This document shows positions 11,920 to 24,263 of a stretch of DNA of 64,000 nucleotides, in pieces (the stretch's first letter is position 1; every line of letters begins with the position of its first letter). Source of the stretch: Mobula hypostoma. Taxonomy: Eukaryota. Position numbers and translations under genes: made by a program. Where the stretch lies: positions 154,628,001-154,692,000 of the forward strand of contig NC_086098.1 of NCBI RefSeq assembly GCF_963921235.1, in the 5' to 3' direction. The notes beneath the pieces were generated by a model that was not told the origin of the DNA, searched no databases, and was given only the letters and a program-made list of their open reading frames with translations.

Positions 11920-14680
11920 TTAAGATGGCGGCGGGCATGGACGCAGCGGCCCCTCGGGGAGTGATAAGTGTATCTAGTGTTTGTTCTGTTTGTTCTAGAC
12001 GCATAACAATACAGTCGGAATATGCTCGTTAACATCAGGGCATATATGTCGGAAAAACTGCCGAGTTCTGGTGTGACATGGACAGTTTACGCCGCTACGG
12101 ACTACTATCCGCTACCAAGCCGGCTGCTTCCCGAGGAAGGAGGAAGCGAAAGCGCTGTGAGAGAAGACAGAGGAGGGGTAAGAGGGCCGGCATCCATGCT
12201 AGGCTAAAAGCTATTCCCACCAGGCCAGCAGTGCTATCCCTCCTGCTCTCCATCGACAACCGGCTGGATGAGCTGCGTCTGCTGAGAGAAACACACAAGG
12301 AATCTAAAGACTGCTGTGTGTATGTCTTAATGGAATCCTGGCTCCATGACAACATACCGGATGCGGCGATACAGCTCGAGGGAATAACATCGTTTCATGC
12401 CGACAGAGAGCAGCTAGCTCCGGTAAGAGCCGAGCAGGAGGTCTGTGTGTTTATTTAAACAAAGACTGGTGTGTGAACGCTACAGTAGCTGCTAAAGGCT
12501 GCTCACCGCTGGATGAATTTCTCATTGTGAAATGCCGGCCGTTCTATCTGCCGAGGGAATTCACTATCATGCTTGTGGCAGCTGTTTATGTAGCTCCCAG
12601 TGCCAATGCTAAGGCTAATGCTAACGAAGCACTGGGAGGGCTACATGAAGCCATCAGTGAGCTACTGACTACAAATCCTGACAGCTTCGTGGTGATTGCT
12701 GGGGACTTTAACCACACCAGCTTAAAGACTGTGTTCCCCAAATTCCGGCAATATGTGGATTTCAAAGCCAGGGGAGAAAACACACTGGACTTGGTTTATA
12801 CCAACACACCACAGGCATACAAAGCAGCCCCCCGCCCCCATCTTGGCCACTCTGACCACATATCTGTCATGTTAACACCAGCATATAAACCACTGTTTAA
12901 ACGTGTGAGAGCAGAGAAAAGAGAGATAAGGGTCTGTCCAAAAGGAGCAGCCTCAGCACTACAAGACTGTTTTTTTGCACACAGACTGGGACGTATTCAA
13001 AACAGCAGCCTCCTATGACGGCCATACAGACATTGAGGAGTATGCAGAGGCACTAATCAGCTACACAGCCAAATGCACGGAGGATGTCACTATGATGAAA
13101 ACCTTCACCGCACGTGGTTATAAAAAGCCATGATGACAACAGAGGTGCGTTCACTACTGAAGGCCCGTGACACAGCCTACAGATCGGGGGACAGGAGTAC
13201 GCTTTGCTCAGTCAGGTCTGCGCTTTCACTAGGGATCAGGAAAGAGAAAGGGCCTACGCGGGCAAAATACATGGACACTTCTGTGACACAGGTGACGCCA
13301 GACGGATGTGACAGGGAATTAAAGCTCTGACAGACTACAAGATCAGGCAGAAAACTGATGACAGCGACGCCGCTCTTCCAGACAGGCTTAACAATTTCTT
13401 TGCACGCTTCGAAGCATCGAACACTACAGCAAGAGGGAGAGCCAGTCCCTTTTTACCATCCGACCAACCGGCTCCAATTATTGATCCAAAGCAAACAAGG
13501 AGGACCCTTGCCAGGGTCAACCCACGAAAAGCGGGAGGTCCCGACAACATCCCTGGACGTGTGCTCAAGGAATGCGCTGATGTGCAGACATTTTCAACAT
13601 CTTCCTTCGTCAAGCCATTGTCCCCAGATGCTTCAAAACCTCCACAATCATCCCTAGAGCAAAGAAATCAGTGGTAGCCTGTCTGAATGATTACTCTCCC
13701 GTTGCGCTGGCCCCCAGAGTGATGAAATGTTTTGAACGGCTTGTCAAGCCTCCTATCACAGCCAGCCTCCCCTCATCGCTGGATCCTCTGCATTTTGCTT
13801 ATCGTCCAAATCGTTCTACGGAGGAGGCAATATCTACCACACTGCACACAGTTCTTTCTCACTTGGACAACAAAGACACTTATGCCAGAATCCTGTACAT
13901 TGATTTCAGTTCAGCGTTCAATACCATTATCCCGCAGAGACTAGTGGAGAAACTGTCGCTGCTTGGCCTTAACACGGCCATGTGTCGCTGGATTCTGGAT
14001 TTCTTGACAGGGAGACCACAGTCAGTCCATGTTGGCAGGAACATCTCTGACTCCATCACGCTGAGCACTGGATCCCCATGAGGCTGTGTGCTTAGCCCAT
14101 TGCCGTTTACACTGCTAACACACGACTGTGCAGCAAGATTCAAGGAGAACCTGATCATTAAATTTGCTGATGATACCACAGTGGTGGGGCTCATCGGCAA
14201 AAATGATGAAACAATATACAGGGAAGAAGTCAAACATCTAGAGAACTGCTGCAGTGATAACAACTTAATGCTTAATGTCACCAAAAACAAGGAGATGATC
14301 GTCGATTTCAGACGGTCTCAGCCTGAGCACACACCCCTCAGCATCAGCGGCTCCACAGTGGAGAGAGTGGACAACATCAAGTTCCTTGGGGTGCAGATCT
14401 CGTACAATCTCACCTGGTCCAGGAACACCACTGGGATTGTGAAACGGGCCAGCAGAGATTGCACTTTCTGAGGAAGCTTAAACAAGCATCACTCCCCACT
14501 TACATCTTAACTACATTCTACAGAGGCGTGGTTGAGAGTGTGCTGACCTTTTGCATCCCAACCTGGTACTCCAGCTGCAGTGCTGTCGACAATAAAGCCT
14601 TGCAGGGGGTGGTTAGGGGAGCAGAGAAGGTTATTGGGGTCTCCCTACCTTCTGTCCAAGACCTCTTTCAGAGTCGATGC
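11920..14680 (+). mobile_element. Rex1/Babar-type LINE (APE + RT), frameshifted and 3'-truncated
   Basis: 5' AAGATGGCGGC. RGKRAGIHARLKA N-terminus, ESWL, AGDFNH, LDLVY and SDH endonuclease motifs. RT motifs [35 protein letters not shown]. Confidence 0.85.
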
Positions 14681-15600
14681 TTTCTCAGCATTACATCCTT
14701 GCTTTTATATTCTACTCCTCCGGAAATGAATGCAAACATTGCATTTGTCTTCCTCACCACCGACTCAACCTGCAAATTAACCTTTAGATAAGCCTGCACG
14801 AGGATTCCCAAATCCCTTTGCACCTCTGACCTCTTAATTCGGTCCCTATTTAGAAAGATGTCTATACCTTTATCCCTTCTGCCGATATGCATGACCATAC
14901 AATTTCCTACACTAAATGCCGTCTGCCACCTCTTTGTCAATTCTCCTTATCCGTCAAGATCATTCTGGGGATTCTTTCTGCCTCGATACTGCCTGCCCGT
15001 CCATCTATCTTTGCATCAAATGCAAACACAAAGCCATCTATCCCGTCATCCGGATAATAAACATTTAGCATGAAACGTAGCAGACCCAACACCGATCCAT
15101 GCAGAAAACCACGCGTCACCGGCAGCCAGCCAGAAAAGGGGCCCATTATCTTTAGCTTTGCTCCTGCCAATCAACCAGTACTCTATGCATGCTTGTATCG
15201 TTGTTGTAATACCATGGGCTCTTATCCCGTAAAGCCACCTTATGTGTGACACCTTCTCAAAGGTCCTCTGAAAATGCAAGTAAGCAACATCATTGACTCT
15301 TATTTGTCTGCCCTGCCTGTTACCATCTCAAGGAATCTCAGTAGATTTGTCAGCCTTGTTTTCCCGTTAAGGGAGCTATGCTGACCTCGGCTTATTTTAT
15401 CGTGTGCCTTCGAGTACCTCAAAATTTCGTTCTTGCTAATGGCTTTTAGCATCTTGGCAACACCTGACGTCAGGCTAACTGCCCATAATTTCCTGCATTT
15501 TGCCTCCCTTTCTTCTTAGAGAGTGGAGTAATATTTGCGATGTTCCGGTCCTCTGGACCCATTCCAGTATCTCGTGATTATTGAAAGATCATTACTCCTT
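14680..15600 (-). mobile_element. Decayed CR1 RT fragment(s)
   Basis: Remnants QRDLGILV, FLHGSVLG and FEKVSH in minus-strand ORFs 14668-15279. Confidence 0.75.
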
Positions 15601-17820
15601 AGTACAGCGACAACTTTCACTTATGCTTCATTTCCATCTGGCTTGCTCAACGTGATCGTTTTCACGTTTACTTTAGCTTCTTTCGTTCTATATCTATTAA
15701 CCTGAAGTCACCAAGTTTCTGCTGTCCCTGTTCTAATTTCTACCCAAGTCGTCTTCCGCATAACGACACGCAGGACGCCACGCCAGGACCCACCACGGCC
15801 TCACCAGTGTGGTTGACGTTCTGCGACGTCTCAGTGTAGATGTCTCACCTGTGATACCAAATTGTCACTCGGCCCACCTTTTATTCCATTTCGAAATTCT
15901 CCAGTCCTACAGGCCACTAAGTATTTGCCTGCTTCTAATTTTTAGATTCCTGATCATTTCTGTACAATGACGTTAGCTTGGATAACAACCCTAAACCCTG
16001 GAACCCATTCTTCAGCTTTTCTGCCTTATGCATCGTTTTCCTTGCAGATGGCCCTGAACACGATCTCTTTGTAAATTCTGTTCTGTAGTCTTGATACCTT
16101 ATTGTGTGAATGGGTCAACTTTTCAAATTAATGAGAAAAAAATCATTATAAGTCCTGTGACTCAGGAATCCACTTTTTTTTCTGAATTCTATAGACCTGT
16201 GAGAGTGATTATTGGGTTTTCTTTCAGTGTGTATTACCCCAGTCCAAAGAAATCCATTCGAATTTAGTTGTGGGACTAAAGACTAAAACCCCAAGTATAA
16301 AAATTTAACGGGCATTATGTAATTCTCGTTAAAATATTACATGATTTCTTAGCCATTCACAATTCCCCGTTTACTACGGCGAATTGTTGCCTCTCTGTGC
16401 AGAGACAGAGAGACAGTACACTAATCAAATCCATTGCCACATTCCTTTCTTTTCACGTGAATGGTAGTGTCTATATGTCGGAGTTTTGCCACTCGCTTTG
16501 GGGGTGGATTGTTATTGGTTCTATGATTCATGTATTTACGATTCTGGAACATGCCAATAATCTGTGGCGATATTAACTATAGTATGGTTATATCAGATTG
16601 GATCGGGGAATCACGAGATATATGAAGTATATCTTATTTTACTTTAAAGGTTATTTCATGAAAAACGGCAGAACTCTCGGCTCTGGCTTGGGTTATCAAT
16701 GATATACACTAGGGTATACTTAATTCCAAGTAATTGCGTCCCAGAAATTTCTCTTGATCTCTCAGTGATGCTGGACTAATTCGATTTTGTGACTCACATT
16801 TCATGATAATGCGCATTAGCATTTTCATATTGAATTTAATCAATGCAAGGCAAAGTTATGATCGGCCGGTCGTTGGAAACCTGCTACTGTTTTGACCTGT
16901 ACCTCACATTCTACCTCGGCATGAGAACAACTGGCTCAACTTCTGACACCAAATTACACAGTTGAACAAAACAGCTTAATAGTAATATTATTTTCATTGA
17001 TTTTCAAAGCTAAACTATTCCAGGTTTATCAATGCATGTGTGACTTGTGACTTAAAGCGATAGAAGATTCGGGCGAACTCTCTTCAGCAATCTCGATATA
17101 TGTATATTTTGATTAAATATCAAAATGTTTGCTAGGAAATTAAGCACTAATGTTTATGGATTTCTCGGCTTTCATGATCTCAGTGCCACTTGAAGCAGTA
17201 GTTCTGAGGTGCGATCACTATAATGACGCGCTGATTGTCCAGAAGCCTGTACGATTGCCAATTCAGTCTCACAATCAGGTTTAATATATCATCGGTAAAT
17301 GTCGTGAAATTTGTTAACATAGCAGCAACTGCACAATGATACGTATCTAAAAGCTAAAATAAATCAATCAATTACTGTAAGTATATACATATATATTAAA
17401 TCGTTAAATTACAAATAGTGTAAAACCAGAAATAATAAAAAAGTGAGGTAGTGTTCGTGGGTTCAACGTCCATTTGGAAATAGGATGGCAGAGAAGAAGC
17501 TGTTCCTGAGTCACTGAGTGTGGCGTTTGTACCTTATTCCTGACAGCAGCAATGAGAAGTGAGCAAACATTTCCTTCGAAATGTGTTACTTTTATAGGCT
17601 TGAAGTTTGCTGTTATGGGGAAAACATCCTTCTCTTTACTTTGTAGCGATGTCTAATGTTCATAACGTGCATTGGGTTTTACGCCTTTGTTAAAGATCAA
17701 AGAGATTCAGTAGTGTAAGGGTTCTTAGGAGTCGTTGTAAAAATCGCTGAAAAAGGCAAAGCTTGATTCCAATTTACAATAATTACAAATTCATCTCCCT
17801 GCACTTCTTTCTACTTACAG

Positions 17821-18143
17821 ATCCGCGAAAACCCGCGGTATCCGTCCTCCGACCGTCTGCGGAGGAAATTCTGGGACAGGGCACCGCCACCCTGGTGTGT
17901 TTGGTGAGCGGGTTTAATCCTGCCGCTGTGAATATCGAGTGGATGGTGGACGGCAGTACGAGAAGGAATGGCGTTGAGACCAGCCGGATCCAGCAGGACA
18001 CGGACAACACGTTCAGTGCGAGCAGTTACCTGACTCTGCCAGCCTCAGACTGGAACTCACACGAGCATTACTCCTGCGTGGTTAAACACGAGTCTCAGGC
18101 AACGCCATTTCAAACAAACATCGCGCGATCTAGCTGTATGTAA
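17821..18143 (+). CDS. Ig light-chain constant exon C2 (type II/lambda-like), intact
   Basis: Acceptor cttacag|AT (phase 1). 107 codons DPRKPAVSVLRPSAEE...LVCLVSGF...IEW...YSCVVKHESQATPFQTNIARSSCM* with the penultimate interchain Cys. AATAAA at 18173-18178. Isotype assigned from recalled shark type II C sequences (TATLVCLVSGF, GVETSR.QQ, SSYLTL.ASDWNSHE, RSSCM). Confidence 0.93.
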
Positions 18144-18602
18144 CACAATATGTTTATACGCTGATTCTTTAAAATAAAACAAATGTATGTCACGTACAGA
18201 TATTAAATATTCGATTGTAGCTAACATATTTTCCAATCGGGAGAAAATATGCATTGCGTCCTGCTGGTTATTCTTAAACTGCATTTGTTCTAAAGTAACT
18301 TTGTCCCAAGGTAACCAAAATCTACGGTGGAGTTTTTTATCTTACCCAATGTGACCGACAATACATTAGTTTTCAAAGATGTGCACGAACAGTCGTGATG
18401 ATGATCAAACTTTGGCATTCGGTGAAATAGACCACGTCGTCTTAACGTTGGGTCAGTTATTGAGTAGATTTTTCACTTGAAGAAACTGTAATCATATGGC
18501 TACAACCAGTACATGTGGTGCAATTACTTGTCAGAGAAATTTACATACGTATTGAAACAATCCTTTATTTCAACATCGTGGGCATAATCGATTGCCAATT
18601 TT

Positions 18603-18707
18603 AGTAACACATACAAAATGCTGGAGGAACTCAAAAGGCCAAGCCGGAAAAGAGTAAACAGTCGAAGTTTCGGACCGAAACTCTTCATCAGAACCAACGT
18701 TAGAATT
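18603..18707 (-). mobile_element. ~105-bp Penelope-derived terminal fragment with a degenerate hammerhead motif
   Basis: Absent at the homologous site in unit 1 (~7450). Minus strand reads GGTT-CTGATGA-AGAGTTTCGGTCC-GAAA-CTTC-GACTG, resembling the ends at 45265 and 57121. Confidence 0.65.
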
Positions 18708-20796
18708 CCATTATTCATGGGAAATGGTTTTCCTCCAGCTGTTCATATTCAAGGATACCGAAGAATTGTAATTAACAGAGGAGCAGAGGACAACAGCACT
18801 TATTAGAGTTCGCACCAATGATATTTTTGCTCGCGTCCTTCAGAACTACAGGTTTCATTCGAGGTGATTTCGGCTTACGGTACATAACAACGCGTGTTTC
18901 AAACATCTTAAACATTGCAAATGATAGTCCAAACCAGATGTAGTAAATACAATCTGACGGTGGTTGATTATCTAAAGCTATTTCGGGCTTCACAACAGTG
19001 AAGCGCAAGCGATATTTGTACATCAGTTTGTAAAATTTATATAATGATAGATTAAGTATGAAATGTAGAACACCGTGGCCATAGTAGGTAGGTCTGAGAA
19101 AACCATATCGTTACCATAAGATAAATGGCTTCCATTCCAATAAATAACTTAAAAGATAAGTTTCAGCAGGATGAGAATACGGATTGTAGTCACGTCTTTT
19201 TAATTGATTTTACAAGTGCCTTTATCTCGATAAGAGAAGATTAGTAATAGCAAGTTTGTAATTAATTATTGAAATCCATACACGGTTTATTGAAACTGGG
19301 AAAATACATTCACGAACTTTTCACCAGTCGCTCTGGACCGCAACCCGCTGATACTGCCTTCTCTGACTATAGGGGGGTCTGTTTTTTTTTTCACAGCTGC
19401 ATGGACCAACCATTCTTTTGAGCAGGAAATTCTTACAGGGCTTGAAACCTGAGCGGCACTTCAAAGTAACATTATGCGAAAGACAATTGCAGTTTCACGC
19501 CACAACGACTATGAGCGGGGGGAGCATTTGAATTACTGCACGGCAGGTGCACAATTGTAGTTTGTCCGGCAAAATTTTCGGTTTTGTGATAAGTCGATAA
19601 AATGACCAAAATACGGGTCGCCCATTGAACTGCACTTGAAGATTTTGTCAAAGGGCATGGCTCACTTCAAACTATCAAATTTTAGAAACATTTATTTAAC
19701 ATTTTAGAATTTTTCTGTTATTCAGACATGCTTAAAATTCTTCAATATCCTTAACAGTTACAAAATTAAACATTAATTAAATACTTAAACAATTTAAAAA
19801 GAAAAGAAACACGAACAGATAAAATGTAATGTATCTATCCCTTCCTTTTTTTCTTGTATCTTCACCAAGCCCATTGGAGCTCTGGAATTCTGCGTCTGGC
19901 AAATTCAAAGAGTGCCGAAAGTTCCAATTCCATTACTGGACACTTGAAGAGACGCTAAGTGGAATAGCTGGGGAATGCAAATGCAGCTTGTGCGGGTGGA
20001 TTGAATTCTCCCCGTAACAATATCGAGAAATGTTGACATTTTCATAAACTTTTCTTCTCGAGATAAAGCAACTTGTATAACCAATTGGAAAGACGTGACT
20101 ACAATCCGTATTCTCATCCTCCTGAAACTTATCTTTTAAGTTATTTATTGGAATGGAAGCCATTTATCTTATGCTGAGATGAATGACAGCCGGTCCAAAA
20201 ATAAATGTTCAGGATGGATGACAGGAATATTTTCATTAACAATACATTTCAAGCTGTGGGTCAGCTCACAAATTTAGATGCCCGCGTAACGGAGATGTGA
20301 TTTAAACAGAAAATTGGTGAATGGACGTAGTTATTATTGTAGAAAAGAGAACACAGAAACGTTAAAACATAGCACAAGCCTTTTGGCCCATGATGTTGTG
20401 CCCACCTTTTAACCTAATCAAAGACCAATGTAACCATCCCCTCCCACATAGCCCTCCGTTTTTCTTTCATCCATTGGCCTAAGGGTTTCTTAAATGTCCC
20501 TAATACGTTTGCCTCTACCACCACACCTGGCAAGGCATTCCAGAACACAGCACTCTCTGTGTAAAGAACTTACCTCTGACGTCCTTGTATACTTTCGTCC
20601 AATCATGCCTTCTCATATCAGCCAATAACGCCCTAGAGAAAAGGAACTGGCTATCCATTCTATCTATGCATCTTATCCTATGCAGCCCTGTCAGGTCGTC
20701 TTTCAATCTCCTTCATCTCAAGAAAAAAGCCCGAGCTCGCTCAACCTATACTGATAAAACATACTCTCTAATCAGAGCGGCATCATGGTAAATCTC

Positions 20797-21155
20797 AATA
20801 GACAATAGACAATAGCCAATAGGTGAAAGAGTAGGCCATTCGGCCCTTCGAGCCAACACAGCCATTCACTGTGATCAGCATCATCCACAATCAGTACCCC
20901 GTTCCTGCCTTCTCCCCATATCCCTTGACTCCGCTATCATTAAGAGCTCTATCTAACTCTTTCTTGAAAGCATCCAGAGAATTGGCCTCTACTGCCTTCT
21001 GTGGCAGAGTATTCCATAGATCCACAACCCTCTGTGTGAAAAAGTTTTTTCCTGAACTCTGTTCTAAACGGTCTACACCTTATTCTTAAACTGTGGCCTC
21101 TGGTCTGGACTGCCCCAACATCAGAAACATGCTTCCTGCCTCTAGCAGGTCCAAC
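20797..21155 (-). mobile_element. Short CR1 3'-end insertion
   Basis: (AATAGAC)n tail on plus and CR1 3' UTR sequence. Absent at the homologous site in unit 1 (~9240). Confidence 0.75.
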
Positions 21156-21296
21156 CTCATCTGAACCCTCTCTGCAGCTTGCATGTCCTTCCTATAATGA
21201 CCAGAATCAAACACAATAATGCAAGTGTAGTCTAACCAGAATTTTATAGAAGTGCAACATTACCTGGTGGCCCCTGAATTCAATCACCTGACTAAT

Positions 21297-23156
21297 AGAA
21301 ACATAGAAACATAGAAAATAGGTGCAGGAGTAGGCCATTCGGCCCTTCGAGCCTGCACCGCCATTTATTATGATCATGGCTGATCATCCAACTCAGAACC
21401 CCGCCCCAGCCTTCCCTCCATACCCCCTGACCCCTGTAGCCACAAGGGCCATATCTAACTCCCTCTTAAACATAGCCAATGAACTGGCCTCAACAGTTTC
21501 CTGTGGCAGAGAATTCCACAGATTCACCACTCTCTGTGTGAAGAAGTTTTTCCTAATCTCGGTCCTAAAAGGCTTCCCCTCTATCCTCAAACTGTGACCC
21601 CTCGTTCTGGACTTCCCCAACATCGGGAACAATCTTCCTGCATCTAGCCTGTCCAATCCCTTTAGGATCTTATACGTTTCAATCAGATCCCCCTCAATCT
21701 TCTAAATTCCAACGAGTACAAGCCCAGTTCATCCAGTCTTTCTTCATATGAAAGTCCTGCCATCCCAGGAATCAATCTGGTGAACCTCCTTTGTACTCCC
21801 TCTATGGCAAAGATGTCTTTCCTCAGATTAGGGGACCAAAACTGCACACAATACTCCAGGTGTGGTCTCACCAAGGCCTTGTACAACTGCAGTAGTACCT
21901 CCCTGCTCCTGTACTCGAATCCTCTCGCTATAAATGCCAGCATACCATTCGCCTTTTTCACCGCCTGCTGTACCTGCATGCCCACTTTCAATGACTGGTG
22001 TATAATGACACCCAGGTCTCGTTGCACCTCCCCTTTTCCTAATCGGCCAACATTCAGATAATAATCTGTTTTCCTATTTTTGCCACCAAAGTGGATAACT
22101 TCACATTTATCCACATTAAATTGCATCTGCCATGAGTTTGCCCACTCACCCAATCTGTCCAAGTCACCCTGCATCCTCTTAGCATCCTCCTCACTGCTAA
22201 CACTGCCACCCAGCTTCGTGTCATCCGCAAACTTGGAGATGCTGCATTTAATTCCCTCATCCAAGTCATTAATATATATTGTAAACAACTGGGGTCCCAG
22301 CACTGAGCCTTGCGGTACCCCACTAGTCACCACCTGCCATTCTGAAAAGGTCCCGTTTATTCCCACTCTTTGCTTCCTGTCTGCTAACCAATTCTCCACC
22401 CACACCCCCAATTCTCCACCCACACCAATACCTTACCCCCAATACCGTGTGCTTTAAGTTTGCACACTAATCTCCTGTGTGGGACCTTGTCAAAAGCCTT
22501 TTGAAAATCCAAATATACCACATCCACTGGTTCTCCCCTATCCACTCTACTAGTTACATCCTCAAAAAATTCTATGAGATTCGTCAGACATGATTTTCCT
22601 TTCACAAATCCATGCTGACTTTGTCCGATCATTTCACCGCTTTCCAAATGTGCTGTTATCACATCCTTGATAACGGACTCCAGCAGTTTCCCCACCACCG
22701 ACGTTAGGCTAACCGGTCTATAATTCCCCGGTTTCTCTCTCCCTCCTTTTTTAAAAAGTGGGGTTACATTAGCCACCCTCCAATCCTCAGGAACTAGTCC
22801 AGAATCTAACGAGTTTTGAAAAATTATCACTAATGCATCCACTATTTCTTGGGCTACTTCCTTAAGCACTCTAGGATGCAGACCATCTGGCCCTGGGGAT
22901 TTATATGCCTTCAATCCCTTCAATTTACCTAACACCACTTCCCTACTAACATGTATTTCACTCAGTTCCTCCATCTCACTGGACCCTCTGCCCCTTACTA
23001 TTTCTGGAAGATTATTTATGTCCTCCTTAGTGAAGACAGAACCAAAGTAATTATTCAATTGGTCTGCCATGTCCTTGCTCCCCATAATCAATTCACCTGT
23101 TTCTGTCTGCAGGGGACCTACATTTGTCTTTACCAGTCTTTTCCTTTTTACATATC
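21297..23156 (-). mobile_element. 5'-truncated CR1 LINE (copy A)
   Basis: (AGAAACAT)n tail. RT motifs KPGNYRPVSLTS, DFQKAFDKV, GVPQGSVLGP, KFADDTK. Flanked by (C)TAAT on both sides; the empty site in unit 1 has a single CTAAT (~9371). Confidence 0.93.
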
Positions 23157-24163
23157 TAATGAAGGTCATATGCCTTCTTAACAATCCTATTAACTTGTGC
23201 CGCAATTTTTGAGGGATCTATGGATGTGGATCCCAAGATCCGTCTGTTCCTTGACACTGCGAAGAATCTTCCCTGTTACCTTGTACTTCGTCTTCGATTT
23301 CGAACTTTCAAAGTGCATCACTTCACATTTTGCCAGACTGAAATCCATCTGCCCCTTCTCAGCCCAGCTACGTGTCCCATCAATGTCCCATTGTAAACTA
23401 CGACCATTTATACCCAACCACAACACCAACAACCTTGTGTCATCCATCCCAGAGACCTGCATATAGACCACAGGCTTCCATACCCCTCCCATCCATATTC
23501 TCATACAATCTTCTTTTAAATATTGAAATCGAAACCGCATCCACCACTTCCACTGGCGACTTCATTCTAGTCTCACCCAACCTCAGTAGAAAAAGCCTGC
23601 TTGAATTTACACTGTTTATTCCTCTTATAATTTTATATACCTTTGTCAAATCTCCCCTCATTCGCCCATGCTCCAGGGGAAAAAAGTGCTAACATCTTCA
23701 GCTTTTCCCTGTGACTTCGGCCTCAAGTTCAGAAATCATCCTTGTAAATTTTATCGGTACTCTTTTAACTTTATTGGTATCTTTCCAAAAGGTAGGTATG
23801 TGTCCAGAACTCCACACAATATAGGAACGCCCTACTAAAATCCAGGGACACCACATCCACTGCTCTACCTTCATCGATTTGTTTTGTCACTTTCTTGAAA
23901 AAGGCAATCAGGCTCGTGAGCTGGGACGTGCCCCTTACAAAGCCTTATACGAAATCAGGCTATGCTCCTCCTGAATCTAAGAATCATTGGCAAAATTTTG
24001 CCCACAACTGACAGACAAATCATTGGTCTATAATTCCTAGGAATATCCGTATTCCCTTTCTTCAACAAAGTAATAACATTTGAGACCTTCCGATCTTCTA
24101 ACAATCCTCCTGTGGCTAGTCAGGATGCAAGATCATCGCCAAGAGGGAACAATCTCTTCCCTC

Positions 24164-24207
24164 TGTGACGGGGTCGTGAATTGCCCCTATTCACTGTGCT
24201 TTTGAAA

Positions 24208-24263
<56 letters not shown>

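Noticed and set aside
17763-17820. N-terminal extension MIPIYNNYKF... of the C2 ORF
   Set aside because: Intronic polypyrimidine tract upstream of the acceptor, starting at a non-ATG codon.
21780-22457. Long plus-strand ORFs antisense to CR1 RT (also 35764-36468 and 50338-50679)
   Set aside because: Shadow frames of the CR1 RT, repeated in every copy.
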